Assembly (NCBI GenBank): GCA_013239625.1
Contig: MU054338.1
Span: 436,001-496,000 of the forward strand
Direction: 5' to 3'
From: Lama guanicoe
Lineage: Eukaryota
DNA: 60,000 nt
Numbering within the stretch: the stretch's first letter is position 1; every line of letters starts with the position of its first letter. The translations under genes were made by a program, and so were the position numbers. The notes under the pieces were generated by a model. It was not told the origin of the DNA. It ran no database searches and worked only from the letters and a program-made list of their open reading frames with translations. Below, piece after piece: positions 1-13,700 of this stretch.

Positions 1-3000
1 CCGGCGACCCCTGGGTTCCGGACGTCTGGGCTCCAGAACTGGGAGGGAGTGAGCCCCGGCTCAGTGGGCACGGGATGTAGGAAACCTCGAGCCTGGCTTC
101 CTGGCCAGGGGACCCTGACTGTCCAGCCCACGGGGCTGGGGGCTGGTTCACAGAAAGGTCAGGCTGTCCCCCTGCGTGCGTGTGTGTGTGTGTCTGAGCC
201 TGGTCCTCCCACAGCAAGTTCGGAGCGCCTGCTCCTTACTAGCCCCGTCCTGGATACCAGGGAAGTACCTGTGAACGCACAGACAGAAGTGGACGCCCTC
301 GTGGCAGTGTGGCAGTGGGGGTGTGCGGCCTGGCGGGCCGTCTGGGCGGGGCGGCCGAGGGCGGGCCGTCTGGAGCTATTATCTGCGAGCCAGCGGGTGA
401 GGGTGTGTCTGCTTGTGTGTCTGTGTCTGGCTGGACGGGCGTGTCCATCTGTGCCAGGAGACCATGCCAGGTGGCAGGGCCGTGGGCACATCCAGAGGGA
501 CTGTGAGGGGGGCATCGTCCAGACGGGTGGGAGGTCTGTGCACCGGCCACGTAGGTGTGCATGTGGGGCCGTGGAGCAGATGCCTGTGTCCATGGCCACA
601 CAGAGGTCCAGGTGGGGGGCCGTGGGACGCATCTTAGTGGGGCTTGGGTTTCCCTCAGGGTGGGGGGCGAGTCCTACTAGCGTCCGTGGGGGGTCCAGCA
701 TCTCTGTCCAGGCTGGAGTGACCAGGAGTGGCTGTGGGCCTTGGTGCTCCGTAACCTTTCCTTTCTGCCCCGTGAGGGGTCTCTGAGGGTCCCCGTGACC
801 GCCCCGGCCTCTGCCCTGCAACAGCACTCTCTCAAACCCCCGCCTTCGGTAGGGGTGTTGAACTCGTATCTTCCAATGTGGATATTCTGGGCTTGTGAGA
901 CCACCCCCCGCCCTAGGGGCACCCCCAGCCTGAGGGGCTGCCAGCTGCAGACCAGAGCCTCCTGTTCCTCTCCCCTCTTTTCTGACGAGCCCGCTAAGTT
1001 CTCCCCCACCGGGGACTCAGGCTGGACCTGGGTCCTCTGCTGGAGGCTGGAACCAGCGTGAACCTCCAGGTCACCCCGCCTCGCCCTTGGGGAGCCAGGC
1101 CTGGAACCCGGACGCGTCCCTCTGTCCCTGGGTCTCTGGTTTCTCTCTCCCTCATGTGTCTCTGTCTCTGTCTCTCTCCTTCCCCGTTTTTCTTCACCCT
1201 CCATCCTCCCATCACCCCGTAATCACTCCTCAGCTGCTCTTCTCCCAGGAGTGGCCCCGGCGAGTGCCCAATGGACGGCGAGCGTGGGCACCGCTGCCGC
1301 CCTCCCGCAGCCTGGCGGCTGGCCCTGCCACAGTTGGCACCCTGCCCGGCCCCTCCCTGTCCCCCCCGGCTGGTCCACGCCCTCGCTGACCGAGAACCTG
1401 GTTCTCGGACAGGACGGGCAGCGGGGTCTGTGGGCACCTCTGGGGTTATTCTTTTTCGGTGCCGTCGCCATGGGCGGGACAGCCACGCTGGGGTGCAGAT
1501 GTTGGCCTTCTGGGCCCGGCTTCCCTGTTTGTAAGATGGGGTCAGCATTTGAGCTGGTGTTTGGCTGCCACCAGGGTCCTGGTGGAGCAGGCGGGCGTGT
1601 GGGGCCCCAGGATGGGGGGCCGCCCAGCTTGGATCTCAGCCCCACTCTGTTCACTGGAGCAGTTGCCCCTGGGCAGCGGAGTCCCTGTCCTGCAGTCGAG
1701 GCTAGGCTTGAGGGCCCTCTGAGCCTGCCGGCCACCACGGGGTGGGCCCTGTTCTCCTGCCCTTGGCCTGGGGTCTCACTGAGGCTCCTCCCTGAGCCCT
1801 TCGAGGCCCCTTCCTCTTGACTCCTGGGCGGGAGGCAGCCCCCTTCCTTCCTGCACTCTCAGCAGGGACCACTTGGCCTCCTGCTCCCTAATGCTGTTGC
1901 ATTTCCCTTCGGAGAACCTGGGCTGGGACCTCACTCCCTGACCAGGTAGACCTTTCAGAACAGCCTCACCGCTAGGAAAGTCCCTCCCAGCGTTTTCGGG
2001 GCTGCCCGCAGCTCTTCTGCAGGGAAACAGGGTTGCTTCCTTTCAGAGGAAGCCCCACGGCGGGATTTTGAATTCCCGGTGCTGAGCCCTGGGTGCAGGG
2101 CTCGGACCCCTCGCCACTCCAAGCCAGCGGCTGAGTGGTAGTGAGGCTGTCATGCTCGGCTTGCAGGGGCCTGGGACCCCCGTAGGAAATGCCCTGAGAG
2201 CAGCGCGGAGCGCTGGGCTCGTCACTGGGTGGGGGCAGGGAGGGAGAAGATTCTGGGTCTTCGGCTCTTTGGCCCCAAAGCATTTGCCTGGGGCCCTCAG
2301 CGGCAGGCGCCTTGAACAGGACCCCTCTTCCTGCAGCCCTGCAAGGCCCGGAGTCGTCCCAGAGGCTCCGAGGGGCTGGCCCTGGGCTCCAGGCTGGCTG
2401 TGCGGCCTTCCCTCAGCACCTCTGCGAAATGGGCTGCTGTGCAGACAGCGGTCTGCTCAGAGCCAGGCCGGTGGGTGGGGGGCTCCCAGGCGGACTGGAG
2501 GCCACCCACCCCGGTTTGCATGTCATTTGCATGCCACCACGGGGCAGCTGCCTTCCTAGAAGTTTCTGTCCCTTGCTCCCCATCCTGGATGTGTCCTCCA
2601 TGCCTGAGCTGCTGCTGTCCCCAGCTGTGACATGGGGCTGCCACCAAGGTGGCTCCTTCTGCTGCCCTACTCGGTGCCCCTGCATCTTCTCGGAGCCGGA
2701 CTCTCCTCCCTGCACAGTCTGCTCCACGGGACCCCTCATCCCCATCCTGGACGCTTCAGGTGCATCCCTGTCCACTTCACAGATGGGAAGACTGAGGCCC
2801 TGGGGGCCCTGGTCACACGACCTGGAGAGAAGGGCACTTCCCTGGAACCGCTAACCCGGAAATCCAGGAAGCAGCGCCTTTCATCGTCAGCTTCGTGGTC
2901 AGGCTCCGTGACTCGTTTCTGGAACTTTTATTAATATCTGGGGCGTGGGTGGAGGTGCCGTGTCTTTTCAGAGAGGGGACACGTGTGGGTTGGTGGCCCG

Positions 3001-4502
3001 GGAGGGCGGGCGGTGGGTTGGTGGCCACGCGGGCAGATGTTTCTGCCCTGCCCAGAATCACTTCCCCAATTTCCTGCGGGCCCAGTGGGGCCCCCGCGGC
3101 CCTGGAGCACTGACGGGAAATGAAAGGGCTGCGTGGCCCTGCGCCTGGTGGGGGTGGCCCAGCCAGCAGGTGCGCCAAGAGGGCAGCTGTGGGGCTGGGC
3201 TGAGGTCACCTCACAGACATTGACTAAGCCCCTGCTGTGTGCAGTGGCCAGCGAGCCTGCCCTGCCCCGTCCTGCGGCGGAGAGGCCTGCTCCTCCCCAC
3301 CTCCCCTCCTGTGTGTGACTTCTCCTGTCCCCCTTGCTGGCCTGGGGCTCCCAAGGGGCTTCTGGGGCTCTCAGGCACACTGCGGTGTCCCCAGCACCCA
3401 GCGTAGGCCTTAACATGCAGAAGGTGCTCAGTCGTGGCTGCAAAACGGATTGATGTGGCCGAAATCCCAAGGCCAAACTCTCAGTTGGCCCTGACCTCCC
3501 GACGCTGTGCTGTGGGGGGTCTGAGTCCCAGGAGCCCCCGGTGCCCCCCGCAGCTGGTGACCGGATCACGTGGCCCCATCCCCACCCCCCTGCTGGGAGT
3601 GGAGACACGCAAGGTTCCCGACTCCTGGTCCTCCACCCCACGTCACCTCCTGCAGCCCCACTGTCACTCCGACTTCATCCATCTGTCTGTCCCGCCAGGT
3701 CCTTGCCCCCTGGGTCTCCAGCCAGGCGCTGAGCCTGGGCCTCAGGCTCCCTGCTGGCAGCTGTGGGCCTCTCGGTGGAGGTGGAAGAGGACGGTTACTG
3801 CAGTCTGCCCCGGGCGAGACTGAGACCGGGTCCTCAGGTGCACGGTGCCTCCTCCCAGCTCAGGTTCCCCAGTGCAGAGTGGGCATGAGGAGAGGGGCTG
3901 GGAAGTCGTGGGCCGCCACCCCAGTGCATCCCCCACCCCGCCTCCCCCTGTGGCCACGGGCAGTTCTGTGAGTGGGGCCAGCGGGCCCCAGGGACGCGCT
4001 CTGGCCCACCTGGGCAGCAGCCGGCCCTGCTGAGTCATCCTGGGCTTGCCTCCCAGCGCCTGACGATGTGAGGAGGGGTTCACCAGCGGGGCCGGGGGCC
4101 GCGGGGCCGGCTTGGTGGAGGATGCACCTGGGGACGACTGCCCAAGTGTGCCCTCTCCCCCCTCCCTTCCTTCGTGAGTGGGCGCCTGCTGTGTACCGGC
4201 TGACCCTTAATCTCCAGTCTGCCCCAAGGGCTCTCGTGGGGGTGGGGAGAAAGAGCGGAAGGAACCCATCCAAAGAAGAGTCAGTGAGCCCTGTCGTGCT
4301 GGGGGCGCTGCTGGGGGCGCCACCCAGTTCCAGCCCTCAGGGCAGGTGCCCAGCTCGAGCCGCGGGTTGGGGAGGGGCCCAGGTGGGGGCCGGCAACGCA
4401 GAGGCCCTGGGCCCGACCAGGATGCGAGCAGGGAGCACTGTGCACGAGGCGGGCCCGCAGTCAGGAGGTCTGGCCTCTGAAGCAGGGGAGACACGGCCTG
4501 GT

Positions 4503-4680
4503 CTTTTTTTTTTTTTTTAATTAGACTTTATTTGTTTTTGGGGGGTTTTTAATTAGACTTTATTTGTTTTTGGAGGGTAATTAGGTGTTTACTTACTTGT
4601 TTCAACAGAAGTGCTGGGGATTGAACCCAGGACCTTGTGCAAGCTAAGCACGCTCTCTGCCACCGAGCTGTTCCCTCCAC
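4503..4680 (-). mobile_element. tRNA-derived SINE (camelid Vic-1-like)
   Basis: Reverse complement reads GGAGGGAACAGCTCGGTGGCAGAG...GGTCCTGGGTTCAATCCCCAGCAC (A and B boxes), with an A-rich tail containing a duplicated TTTTAATTAGACTTTATTTGTTTTTGG. Confidence 0.8.
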
Positions 4681-4949
4681 CCTGCAGCCTGATCTTGATG
4701 TAAAGACATCAAGACATCATTCTGTATTTACATCAAGCTCCCTGATCCTGGGGGCGATCCTGGAGGCCGGCCGCACGCTGCTCTTGGTGTTGGTGGGGAG
4801 GGGATGTTGGGAGATTAAAAAACAGCAGTGCAGCCTTCCCTGCAGTGTCACTTTGTTCATAGGAGTTACAGTGAATCAACTTTTGTCCAAAACATGGTGG
4901 GAATAGAAATAAGTGGGATTATTACACAGCAGGTTCTTAGCAGCGTGAT

Positions 4950-5400
4950 TCAGTTAATAGTCAAAAGGGGGAAATAACCCAAAAGCCCGTCAGCGGTGAA
5001 CGGAGAAACAAAGGTGTCCCTCCACACGCGGGAGCGTCGCTCGGCCGTGAGCAGGAGAGCAGCCCTGACACCCGCTGCCACGGGGCCGGACCCTGAGAGC
5101 ACGGTGCTCAGGGAGAGAAGCAGACACAGAAGGACACACAGCGTTTGAGTCCACGGACGTGAGGCGTCCAGAACAGGCCAGTCCTCAGACCCGGGGAGGG
5201 GGCTCCTGGCTGTCAGGGCTGGGGGGGGGAGGGGGTGGCTGCTGGTGGGGATGGGGCTTCCACCGGGTGATGGGACGTTCCGGAGCTAGACAGAGGTGAA
5301 GTTTGCACTGCAGTGTGAATGCACTAGGGGCCCCTGCATCGTTTACTTGAAGATGGTGAAGTGTATATTGTGTGACTCTTGCCTCCATGAATATTTTCTA
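4950..5400 (+). mobile_element. Old L1 (L1M-type) 3'-end fragment
   Basis: Similar to L1 3'UTR text and to the 33960-34675 copy (GCTGCCACGGGGCCGGACCCTGAGAGCACGGTGCTCAGGGAGAGAAGCAGACACAGAAGG; TACTTGAAGATGGTGAAG). Confidence 0.6.
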
Positions 5401-8400
5401 AAGACCCAGGACGGCAGGTGGGATGAGGGCATGAAGCCTCCCGGGCTGCGCCCAGCCTGCCCATGGCCTCACTCCTCCCTTCATCCCTCGTCCCTTCCCA
5501 GACCCCATCTGAGGGCGGGGGTTCTAGCAGGGCCCCCGAGGTCCCCACGTGCGACGGCGCCTGTCCGTTCCCGCTGTTCTGGCTGTCAGGGAAGATGTCT
5601 GTCTCTCGTTCCCCACAAGCCCGTGAAAAACCTGCCTCTTTAAACCTGTTCCCACCTGCGGGCGTCTCTGCCACCTCTGTGTCTGCCACAGAGAACGTTG
5701 TCCTTCTGCGGAGCTGGGGGCTGGCCGGTCCCCCGAACCCTCCCGGTTCCTCCGGAGTTTGGTCCCTGTCTCTGCCGTCCAAGGACAGAGGCCTCACTCC
5801 TGGAGTCCCCCTGCCAGTCTGGCGGCCTCATCCGTCCAAGGTGGGGCCCCGCGGACTTTGGAGCCGCCAGGGCGCCGGGAGGGGGCCTGAGCAGACACCG
5901 TTAAGGGGGCAAAGGTCCTCCCCGGGGGCCCTGGGACAGGTGATTGCTTTACAGCCGGGGCCCCCTCTGCCTTGGGCTGGACGCTACCCTGGGCCCCATG
6001 CAGGCTGGGGACAGGCTGGGGATGGCCGGATGTCACTGCCCAGGAGGGGTCTCCCGCGTGCAGCCCAGGTGGCACCCCTCCCCCCTGCAAACCTGGGCCC
6101 TGCCCTGGCCTCCAGGCTGGCAGGTGGGGCCCTGAGGGGCCACTGTCCCCACAGGGTGGCTGCAGCCCCCTACCCCGCCCAGGGTTATCTTGGCCTGGTC
6201 AGCAGCACAACCCCACTTTCTCGCAGCCTTGGTGGTAAAATAACGCTCACCATTCGCCACAAACAAGAATTTCCTGTTTGCCCCTCAAGCACTTGGGGGA
6301 GGGGCTGGTCACCCGGCGTTTTCCTCCTGCCCCTCCCCCGCCCACTGCCTGAACCCAGCAGCCCCCTTCATCTCTTCCTCCTGGACGACTTGGCCCTTCG
6401 CCCTCTGTGGGGGGTGTCCCACCGGGGTCCCCCCTCCTTCGCCCTCCGGCCTCCCCCTCCAGCCAGCACTGGGCCCAGAGCAAGGCGCGTGTGGGGCCGC
6501 GGACTTTAGTGTTCATTGTCCACCAAGTGTTCTCGCGTGTCTGCTGAGAAATCAGTGTGTGGAGTGAGGCTGGCTGGTGCCTCTGCTGCGAAGGAAACTG
6601 AGGCAGAGGAGGGATCAGGGGGCAAGGAGGAGAGGTGGGAGGTGGCGGGGAGGGAGCCATGCGGGCTCTGGGAAACTGCATTCCAGAGGAAGGAGCAGCT
6701 GGTGCAAAGGCCCTGAGGTGAGGTCCTGTGTGATGTGCTCAGAAAGCATGACAGGGCCCAAGGGGGCTGAGCAGAGGGAGGTGAGGGGCTGGAAAGGGCC
6801 ACAGGGGAAGTGAGCTCTCTGGTGGGGGCCCTGGGGAGCCATGGGAGACTGGAGGGCAGGGGAGGGTCTTGCTCAGGATGCCCGGGAGGGCCCCTCTGGT
6901 TGCCGAGGGCTGGATGGGGCCTTTGCGGTGCCTGGTCTGTGCCTCAGTTTCCTTTAGGTGGCCTGGGTGGTGCGGGCGGTAGGACAGACATGATTGGCCC
7001 AGCCTCGGTCGTTGTAAAAGGTCACCCTCCTTCACGGGGTAGGAGCCCCACCAACCCTAAGATGGGTGGGGGGGCCACAGGGTGCCAGCCTGGCATGTCC
7101 CGGTGACCCCGCCCTGCAGGTGGAAACTCTTGGGAGCACCTGTGGGGGCCTGCACACCCACATCCCACATTTTCGAGGTTCTGTCCTCACTTGATAGGCA
7201 AGGCTTGGGAAGGGTGGGGTGGGCCCAGGGTCGCAGGGCAGACTCCAGCTCCCTCCCCCCACCGATGCCAGGACGCAGCTGACCCAAAGCATGGGTCCCG
7301 CATGGACACATCTCAGAGTTGGGAAAGGATGAGGTTCCCATCCCTGCGTGGCACTGCACAGTCAAGGTCCACTTGACAAGAATTTAGCAAGCATTTGCCG
7401 TGTGCCAATTCTAGACACTGGGAGCCCAACCGACCAAATCCCGGAGGCTCTCAGGGGGATAGCGGGGTGATTGTCGCCCATCATTGGTGAATGTGCTCCA
7501 ACTGAGAACACGGTGCCCACTGGTTGGGTGGGGGCCTCCCTAGAGGGCGACGTTTAAGTAGAGACCTGCGGGCAGAGCCAGGAGCGGCATTCCAGGCACA
7601 AGGAGCTGGCGGGTCAAAGGCCTAGAGGTGGGACCGTTGCCCCTGGCGGGTTTGAGAAGCAGCGAGAAGGCCGGTGAGAGGTCAGAGGGAAGCGGACCAG
7701 GCAGGTCCCGCCGGACCTGGAGGCTGCGGGGAGGAGGGTCTTGAGAACAGGCGGGAGCAGAGCGTGACCCATGCTCACAGTGCCCAGGGGCCCCAGGGAG
7801 ATCAGGCTTTGGGGAGGGAGCGGTGGGGCAGTTTATCTCAGGCCTCAGCCCCAGGGAGGGGTTTCCTGAAGTTCTGCCCAGTCTCCAGCCTGGCTTTGCA
7901 GCTCTGGGTCCCACAGGCACCGACGTTAGTGCCTCCTGGTCCATCTTGAAAGGGGCTGGGTTTCAGCCAGAGCACCCAGGTGGGACCCAGGCCTGGGCGT
8001 GGCCCGGAACGTGTTGTGGCCCAGCTGCGTGGCTCCAGAGCCTTGTGAGGACGGGTAGCCGGGCCTAGTGGCTCACATGGGGGGACTGGACACCACCATG
8101 GGAGGCCTGGACACTGTCCCCTACTCCCTCATCCCTGGGGCCTGGTGGGCCGCCCTGGCCGGCTGGTCAGGGCAGGACACCCCACAGGGGTGCGGAACTT
8201 TGAGGCCAGAGCCCCATAAAGCTGGGGCGGCCTTTACTGCCTGGCTTTGTTGTAGGCTGCCCACAGCAACGGCCATTAAAGCTGCCTCCTCCACCGGCAG
8301 CTGGGGGCCGGCCCACCCCCTTTATGGCCCTGCACAATGCTCCAGCCCCATGGGGGACTGGCCGTGCCACCGCAGCCCTCCCACCATTTGGTCTGGGGGT

Positions 8401-8689
8401 TGATGGCCCCACTAGCCAGCCTGCCTCTGCCCTAGCGGCCGTTCTCTGCCCTGAGCCTTGGTTTCCCCGCTGGGAACATGGGGGTCCTGATAGTCGTGGG
8501 AGCTCAGGGGAAGCTATTGTGTTTGTCGCCCACCATTCTTGAAGGATGGGGAAACTGAGGCAGGAGGGCCACCACGATCTCTTGTGGCAGCCTGGCCAGG
8601 GAAAAGGGTGCCGGCAGGGTAGACCCCCTCCACATGGGTCACTCCCTTGTCAGGAAGGGCCCGAGGGTCACTGCCGCCCACGAGAGCTT

Positions 8690-9075
8690 CTTGGAGTGGC
8701 TGTAATAAGTGACCACAAACTTGGCGGCTTAGAACAGCAGAGATTTACTCTCCCGGTTCTGGCGACGGTTCTGGAAACGTGTGAGCTCCGGATGTGGCAG
8801 GGCCACGCTCCCTTACCAGGCTCCAGTAGAGGGTCCTTCCAGCCTCTTCCAGCTCCTGGGGGCTCCAAGCATCCCCTAGCCTGTGGCCGCCTCCCTCCCG
8901 TCTCTGCCTCCGTTTCCCCATGTGTCTGTGTCCTCTCTCAGAACACCTGTCCCTGGATTCAGGGCCCACCCTACTCTGGGACCTCATCTCAAGTAACAGC
9001 ATCTGTCCAGACCCCATTTCCAGAGGAGGTCCCTTTCTGAGGTTCCGGACGGCTGTGAATTTGGGGGCACTTTCC
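8690..9075. mobile_element. MaLR (MLT1-like) LTR
   Basis: Typical MLT1 text: CACAAACTTGGCGGCTTAGAACAGCAGAGATTTACTCTC...CCAGCCTCTTCCAGCTCCTGGGGGCTCC. Confidence 0.7.
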
Positions 9076-10129
9076 TGACAAGTCTGAGCTCTCCTCTGCG
9101 CTTCCTGGCTCACGTTGGGGTCCAGAGAATCAGGGTTCATTTAACGAACATTTATTAAGTGACTACAATGTGCTTGGCCCTGTTTTTGCCACTGGGAAGA
9201 AGACAGACAGAATCTCCGACATTCCTCCCAGGCACAGGACAGGAGCCCTAAGCGGTGTGTAAATCGTGTGGCTCTGCCAAAGGGGCCGGGGGGAGGGGGA
9301 GTGGGGTGAGGGGTGCACACAGTGCTGGGGGGCCCTGGGGGGCAGGGAGAGCTGGGGACGGGGCAGGGGTGGTGGAGGAGACCCAGTGGGTGCCCGCCCA
9401 TGGGAACGTCCACCTGCAGGCCCCACACCCCTCAGGCAGGGGGAAATATGGGGCCTCCCTGGCCACCATAAATCACTGCAGGAATGCAGCTGGCCAGCCT
9501 GGCTTGGGCAGGGCGGAGACAAAGGCCCAGCCTCGACCACCCAAGTCAGGGCTTCTGGCTCCCTGAGCCCGTGCCCTGCAGGCCCTGCTTTGCCTCCATT
9601 ACACAGATGGGGAAACTGAGACCCAGAGAGGGGCAGGATGGCTGAGGGGTAGTGGCCCCGAGGACCCTGCCTCCCTGGGCCTGAGTATGTCCTGAGCAGC
9701 AGGGGTCGGTGTGTTCTTGGGCCTTGATGATGGAGTCTCTCGCCCAGGGCAAACTGGTGGTTTCAAGGCCCCTCGTGGCCCTGCTGTCTCTGTGTGCAGG
9801 CGGCCATTGGGGCCTCATTCCCCAGAGCTTAATTTGAAGCCTGCTATTTGCACTGCCCCTCCTGGGCAAATTCCCCCACCACCTCAGATTTGCTGTCTAA
9901 TTATCCTTGCTGGCTTCCCCTGCCCGCCAGCACCTGCGCGCTTATGGTCAGTGAGACTGGACCCCCGTCCCCCTGAGACTCCCAAGCCTAGACTGAGAGC
10001 CCCTGACAGTCCCAGCTCTGGTCTCAGGCCTGCCTTTCTTCCTCTTATGCAAAATGGGCCGCCTCTCAGAGGCACATGCATGTGATCCAGCGGACGGTCC
10101 TGGGACGTCCACCGTCCTCTCGCTGCCAC

Positions 10130-10535
10130 TGTATGGGGGGGGTGAATTGTGTCCCCTCAAAGTTGTATGTTTAAGGCTGAGCTCTGGGTACCTGTGAACA
10201 GGACATAACTTGGGAGCAGGGTCTTTGCAGATGGCTTTAGTTGAGGATGGAGCTGAGGGAGCCCGAGAGCCAGCGAGTGGTGTCCCAGAAGGAGAGGGAG
10301 ATTTGGACACAGACACACAGAGTGAAGCTCTGGGAAGACAGGCAGAGACTGGGGTGACGCAGCCGTGAGCCCAGGATGCCCGGGCCCCCAGAAGCTAGAG
10401 GCAGGGAGAACCCTCCTCTAGAGCCTCCAGAGGGAGCACAGCTCTGGGACACCTTGATCTCGGACGTCTGGTCACCAGACCGTGAGAGAAGAAATCTGAG
10501 CATGTGGTCAGCTGTTATGGCTGCCCCAGGACAGG
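10130..10535. mobile_element. MaLR (MLT1-like) LTR, opposite orientation to the 8690-9075 copy
   Basis: TGAATTGTGTCCCCTCAAAG...GGGTCTTTGCAGATG...CCAGAAGCTAGAGGCAGGGAGAACCCTCCTCTAGAGCCTCCAGAGGGAGCAC...GTTATGGCTGCCCCAGG. Confidence 0.7.
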
Positions 10536-10729
10536 TGTCCTCAACTGAAGGCGGGGGCAGGCTCACTGTCTGCTCAGCGGGGGTTCGGGGGATGTTTGGA
10601 CTCTGGCAGTGGCCAGGGGCACTGGGGCCGGGACTGCCCCTGCCCTGTCGGTTGACTCTGCTTGAGATGTGGATGTGGTGCCCACCCCAAACTCGCGCCA
10701 ACTAACCCATCCCCTCCCTGCCCTTGCAG

Positions 10730-13700
10730 CTCTACGAACTGGATGGGGACCCCAAGAGGAAGGAGTTCCTGGATGACTTGTTCAGCTTCATGCAGAAGCG
10801 AGGTGAGGCCTGCCTGCCCACCAGGAATGAACACGTGGGAGGGGGTCCTGCTGGCCACAGCCCCGGGCAGGTGTGTCAGCGGGGCAGTGAGCGAGTTCCT
10901 TATGGCTGGAGGCATCCAAGAGATATATGAGGTGGGCAGACACGGCCCTGCCGTGAGTATCTGACAGAGGAGACACAGCCCTGCGGGTCTGATGGGTGAG
11001 ACACGGCCCAGTCCTGCGGGTCTGATGGGGGAGGCATAGCTGTGAGACTCTAAGGGGTAAATCCTTGGGTAGCGGTGGGGTCCCAGGGTCCCAGCCCAGA
11101 GCTGACAGTCCAGGCTCCCTCCCTCGCTGCTGAGACAGGGGTGAGATGGAGTTCTGCCTCCCAGGATCCCCAATGGCCAGAACACTGGGACACCTGTGTC
11201 TGGGGAACAGGGTTGGATTCCCAGGCCAGCAGGTGGGCATCGGGGCAGCAGGGCGGAAGCTTCCCTGCGGGCCAGAGACTGGGGTTTCTGCAGCTGCTGG
11301 GGGGAGGTTCGGGCCCTGGCGCCTCCCCTGCTCCCAGCCCTGGACGTGCTGGGGCCACAGTTGTTTTTATTGAAGTACGGCTGGTTTACAACATTGTGTT
11401 AGTTTCTGGTGCACAGCATAGGGATTCAGCCATACGTATGTAGATACATACGCCTTGTCATGTTCTTTTCCACCATAGGTCATTAGTTCCCTGTGCTGTA
11501 CAGTGGGACCTTGTTGTCTGGGGCCACAGTTATTAAGCACCGACAGTGTACTAGGCCAGAGCCACCTCTGTCCCCAACCCCCTACCCCCCCCCGCATGGT
11601 CCAGGGTGAGGCAGATGTCAGATGTGGCCTTGAGGACAGTGAGGAGACCAGGGACAGAGGCCAGGCATGAGGAGCAGGGACTGGTCTGGGTGGGTGTCCA
11701 GGGGCATTCGGTGCAAGCCAGGCCCAGAGAGGACAGCGGGACAGTCCTCGGGTCTGTCCTCGCCAGCCACTCAGGGGTCCTAGGCACACACACTGCAGGG
11801 TGAGGCCCATTTCCCTGACGCCTCCACACTCATCATTACAGTCCCAGCTGTTGAGGGAAGGAAACTGAGGCCCGGAGAAGGGACAGGGGACCCGGCCTCA
11901 GAGCCACAGAGGCAGGAAGGGGTGGGGTTTGGGGGCTACAGGGTCTACTGGCTGTTGCAGGGGGTTTGCAGGGGCCAGGCTGGCGGCTTCTTTGTCCAGG
12001 GCCTCTGCCTGCCCCTCCCTGCTAGCAGCTTCTGTAAACACTGGCCCAGCCAGGCCCAGGCCGGAAGGGAAGGAGATGAAAGGGGAGGGGGCTTCAGCCT
12101 CCACGTTAACCCCTCCTGTGCTGGGGGTGGAGGAGGCCAGACCAGTCCTGGGGGGGCCTCCTGTTATCGCCCAGCCCAGCCCAGCTCGGCCAGACGTGCC
12201 ACCCCCACCTCCCACCCCTGTGTGGTCAGATCCCCCACGGCCCTTTATCATCCCGCTCACACCTGCTGAGCCCCCTGCTCCCCGACCCCCCACCATGGGG
12301 CCCCCTTGGCCACACAGGGCTTCATGGGTCTGTGTCCAGCACTGTCTCCCTTACCAAGCCATGTGCTCCTGGAGGGCAGCTATAACAAACTCCTATGCAT
12401 CCCTCAAAACCCAACTCCAAGGCCCTCTCTTCTCTGCTATCCTTTCGAACTCCCCCTTCTGTAACAGGGATGGGGGCACTGGGGCTGAGTCTGGACACCG
12501 TGTCATGCACTCCACAAGCCCCTTCCCCTGTCCTCCAAAGGGAAAGCAGTTTTCTCCCCACATGACAGAGCGGAAAGCCTCCAACTGGGCATCACTCAGA
12601 GTTCCCTGGGGGCTGGGAGTGGAGGAGGGGTCCTGCCTGCACCCGCCCTCCTACGTCTCCGTGACGCCCTCCCTGGGGGCTGGGAGTGGAGGGGGGGTCC
12701 TGCCTGCACCCGCCTCCTACGTCTCCGTGACGCCCTCCCTGGGGGCTGGGAGTGGAGGGGGGTGTCCTGCCTGCACCCCACCCTCCTACGTCTCAGACAC
12801 CCTCTCCACCCTTCCTCTATCAGTGCCTCTCTGTGCTCTCCCAGCCCCCGCTCCTTCTATAAACATCCGCCCAGGCCCTGCCTGCTGCAGAGCCAGGGCA
12901 GGGTCCCAGGAGGACCTTTGGTGTGATTCCTTCTATTCTTTTTCCCAGCGCAGAGCCTGAACCCATGTCCTGGGTGGGCTGGCTGGGCGGGCGCTGTGGG
13001 TGCTTCTCCTGGCGCCGAGTGTGCTGCTGACACTCGGTGATGCCTTTAGCTCTCCCTTCTTGGGCTGAAAAATGAAGTGGGTAAGGTAGGGGTCAAGCCT
13101 ATCTTCCTCTATCCTCTCCAAGCTATCTTCGTTCGTTGGGGATTTTGCAACCTGGGAAGGGCCCGGAAGCAGCCAAGGTGGCAGGAGGTGGTTCCGGGAT
13201 GTCCGGCTTCAGGGGGAACCAGGAACCAGGGGCCCGGGTACAGGGCATCGTCCAGGCCAGGGGCAGGGAGCCGGCCCCTCACTCAAGATGGTCATTTCTC
13301 CAGCAGACCCCGTGCTGGGGTCTCCTTTTTGCCATCTCTGCAGGAGTGGCAGGTGTGCCCCTCAGGCTGGGATATGGGCCCATCAGCCTCCCTTGTTGTT
13401 TACTGGACGCCTGCTGTTTGCCAGGCTGGGCACCAGGGACCCCATGTTGGCAGGACAGTGGGCTGGGGCACAGACAGTAAACCTGGAGTTTCACTGCCAG
13501 GGAGGGAGGTTTAAATGGGGGCTTCTCCACGCGCGGCCAGGCAGGTGGCTGGCAGGCTGAGCTGAGAGCTGAGGCTAGGAGCGTCTGTGTAGAGGCTTGG
13601 AGCATCAGGGTGGGTGGGAGAGGGGGCAGGCCTGTCTGCTGGGAGGAGCCTCCCTCCCTGGGCTGGCCCACCTCCCCACTCTCTCAGCTGCGAAGTGGAT

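Noticed and set aside
5463..6509. 348-aa ORF in an ARID3A intron
   Set aside because: Pro/Gly/Arg-rich low-complexity translation with no domain or splice support.
11929..12960. 343-aa ORF with an internal peptide repeat
   Set aside because: The repeat is only the 66-67-bp minisatellite; intronic, and starts at a non-ATG codon.
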